From a bacterium (GTDB lineage Bacteria > UBA8248), in assembly GCA_965207065.1 (NCBI GenBank), contig OZ242260.1, positions 320,001 through 384,000 on the forward strand: 64,000 bases of DNA. The letters are read 5' to 3'. Positions 62,014-64,000 of the stretch are shown in pieces. The stretch's first letter is position 1, and every line of letters starts with the position of its first letter. The notes under the pieces were generated by a model. That model did not search any database. It had not been told where the DNA came from and was given only the letters and a program-made list of their open reading frames with translations. The position numbers and the translations under genes were made by a program.

Positions 62014-63465
62014 TTACATGGGTTTGTTCACTTTCGGCATCATGGCCTTGTAGAAGGGAATCTCCCTCTTGAGCTTGCGCTTGCCGATCTTGCGGACGAT
62101 CTTGGCCCACTCGTTCTGAATGTCGCCCATCACCTTCTTGGCGCCCTTCTTTCGGCCCGCGTAGGCCTCGGAGAGGTTCCGGTCGACGACTTCCTTGAAC
62201 TCCTGGTAGCCGGTCACGTACGGCGGCGGGCAGGTGACGAGGAGGTTGTCCTCGACGGACTTGATTCCCTCCTTGGAGTAGACCTTGGTCACCTGCGGGT
62301 CGGTCATGTGCTTGGGATGCCAGGGATCGTGGAAGGTGAACTTCGGATGGCCCACGACCTCTGCGCTGTTCTTGTACGTGCTCATGTACATCGCCCATGC
62401 GACGGCGTGTTTCTTGCGCGGGCTGTGCTTGTTCACGACCATGGCCATCACCGGAGCGGAGAAGGCGCGGTGGATGAGTTTGCCGGAGAACTTAGAACCC
62501 GGCACCAGGCCGTAGCGCCACTTGCCCCTGGTCTTCGTGCCCGCCGTCGGGCTCTCGATGGCCGCGATAATCCCGTCCCAGTACTGGCAGGAGAAAATCT
62601 TGCCGTTGCGGATCCGGGGGATCATCTGCGGCGAACCCCAGGCGCCCGCCTCGGGGTGGGAAACCTGCTTGCGAGCGAGCCAGGTGTCGAAGGCGTATTC
62701 GGCCGCAGGCGTGTTCAGCGTGGGGTTGGCGTCGTCGTCGAACGGGAAGCCGCCCGCGCTGTAGAGATACATCCAGTACCAGAAGCTGCTGTTCGCCTTG
62801 TCCCGCAGGCCGCCGAAGCCGTAGAGCTCCTTGTCAGGCCTGTGGAAGAACTTCATCATCTCGAGTTCATCTTCCCAGGTGACCGGCCACTTCAAGGGCT
62901 TGCCGTGCTTGTCGGCGAAGGCTTTGCGCTCGTCCGGATTGTCGAAGTAATCCTTGCGGATGAACTGCGGGCAGACGTTGCCGTCCGTGGGCATGGCGTA
63001 GGTCTTGCCCTGATACTGCATGAAGGTCTCGAAGTTGCCCACCATCTTGAGGTCGAAGCCGGCGGTCTTCATGTAGCTGTCGAGAGGCTCGAGCATTCCC
63101 GCCGCCACGAGGGAGGGAATCATCATGGATTCCACGTGAAAGATGTCGAACTTGCCCGAGCGCGTGATGGCCTCGGCCATGGCCCGCTGGGGAATCTGCA
63201 GGTTGGGAACGTCACTCACCTTGTCCATGGAGATGCCGGTGGCTTTGTTGAATTCGCGGTTCAGGTCGGGGTAGTTGCGCCAGTAGAGGCCCCACATCAT
63301 TCCGTTCAGCTTGGCGCCGCCCAGCTTCTTGCCTGCCTTGATGACGGCGTCCTCCTCGGGCCCGGCATAGGCTTTGCCTGCGCCGCCGAGAACGGCGGGA
63401 CCCGCAACGGCGGTTGCCAAGCCGGCCTTCAGGAGGCTTCTTCTTTTGATTTGCTTCTCGCTCAT
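62014..63465 (-). CDS. ABC transporter substrate-binding protein (SBP_bac_1-like), Tat signal
   Basis: KRRSLLK twin-arginine signal; LEPLD..YAMPTDG..IRKD. Confidence 0.88.
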   Translation of the reverse strand: MSEKQIKRRSLLKAGLATAVAGPAVLGGAGKAYAGPEEDAVIKAGKKLGGAKLNGMMWGLYWRNYPDLNREFNKATGISMDKVSDVPNLQIPQRAMAEAITRSGKFDIFHVESMMIPSLVAAGMLEPLDSYMKTAGFDLKMVGNFETFMQYQGKTYAMPTDGNVCPQFIRKDYFDNPDERKAFADKHGKPLKWPVTWEDELEMMKFFHRPDKELYGFGGLRDKANSSFWYWMYLYSAGGFPFDDDANPTLNTPAAEYAFDTWLARKQVSHPEAGAWGSPQMIPRIRNGKIFSCQYWDGIIAAIESPTAGTKTRGKWRYGLVPGSKFSGKLIHRAFSAPVMAMVVNKHSPRKKHAVAWAMYMSTYKNSAEVVGHPKFTFHDPWHPKHMTDPQVTKVYSKEGIKSVEDNLLVTCPPPYVTGYQEFKEVVDRNLSEAYAGRKKGAKKVMGDIQNEWAKIVRKIGKRKLKREIPFYKAMMPKVNKPM

Positions 63466-63726
63466 CTGGTGCTCCTCCTTATTTCATGGGTGTTGACCGA
63501 GAGCGCAAAATAAAATCCGCGTCGTACGCTCATCAACATGATGAAGCGCCGGCCAGCGGAAAGAGTAAATCCGCCCCTCGGTCCGTATATGCAACTCATA
63601 ATGCCTAGGTAACAACGCATTCTATTAAAGCGGTGATATTTGTCAACAGGCGAGACGAGGCATCTTCCTTTATTTCAGGTTCGCAAACGGCAGGGGGTTC
63701 AAGAGAGGGCGTAAACGGAGAGAAAA

Positions 63727-63768
63727 CAAAAAAATCGCCCTCCCCGGCACGGTTCCGGAGAGGGCGAT
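63727..63768 (-). terminator. Rho-independent terminator after the Usp gene
   Basis: atcgccctc..ccgg / ccgg..gagggcgat stem followed by a T run on the minus strand. Confidence 0.75.
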
Positions 63769-63784
63769 GCGATGCGGCTTGATT

Positions 63785-64000
63785 CTAGCTTTCAACCGAT
63801 TCCGCTTCCATTTCCGCCAGCTTCTGCAGCGCCACCTTGTCCCTCAGCAGGAACACCGGGCATGGCGCGCGCCTCAGGACCTGCTCGGAGACGCTGCCGA
63901 TCAGGAAGCGGCTCACCATGTTGTGGCCGTGCGTGCCCATGACGAGGAGGTCGAAATCCCCCGTGTCGGCGAACTGCACGATCTCCTTCACAGGCTCGCC
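63785..64000 (-). CDS. Universal stress protein, 3' part
   Basis: DLLVMGTHGH..IGSVSEQVLRRAPCPVF. Confidence 0.9.
   Translation of the reverse strand, partial: GEPVKEIVQFADTGDFDLLVMGTHGHNMVSRFLIGSVSEQVLRRAPCPVFLLRDKVALQKLAEMEAESVES

Overview
GC-rich Gram-negative bacterial chromosome segment; I cannot assign the taxon with confidence. Core genes sit at both ends. On the left are a partial serA and a class V aminotransferase. On the right are a TMTC-like TPR protein, TPP riboswitch-thiC, an LLM monooxygenase, DUF192, LysR, a deaminase/creatininase pair, a DUF1302-DUF1329-YCF48-RND cluster, a sugar-type ABC transporter and a partial Usp. Three features stand out. (1) At 2.0-8.0 kb, two paralogous porin-like genes point away from each other. 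They have homologous long 5' leaders and 3' ends forming inverted repeats, and they enclose exactly two intact, translationally coupled tyrosine recombinases. Only one copy has a canonical -35, so this is a candidate recombinase-driven porin switch. (2) A ~27 kb decaying accessory island (about 11.95-39.15 kb) is bracketed by a diverged direct duplication of an FG-GAP/VCBS-repeat gene. It holds defence-gene relics, IS1182, IS110 relics and a conjugative-element leading region (DUF2493, DUF4326, ssb, large hairpin, RHH with palindromes). (3) An IS1111-type IS110 element has a 3' non-coding end that folds into a bridge/seek-RNA-like structure, with loop segments matching its own flanks. All family assignments come from motif recognition by eye, not database searches.
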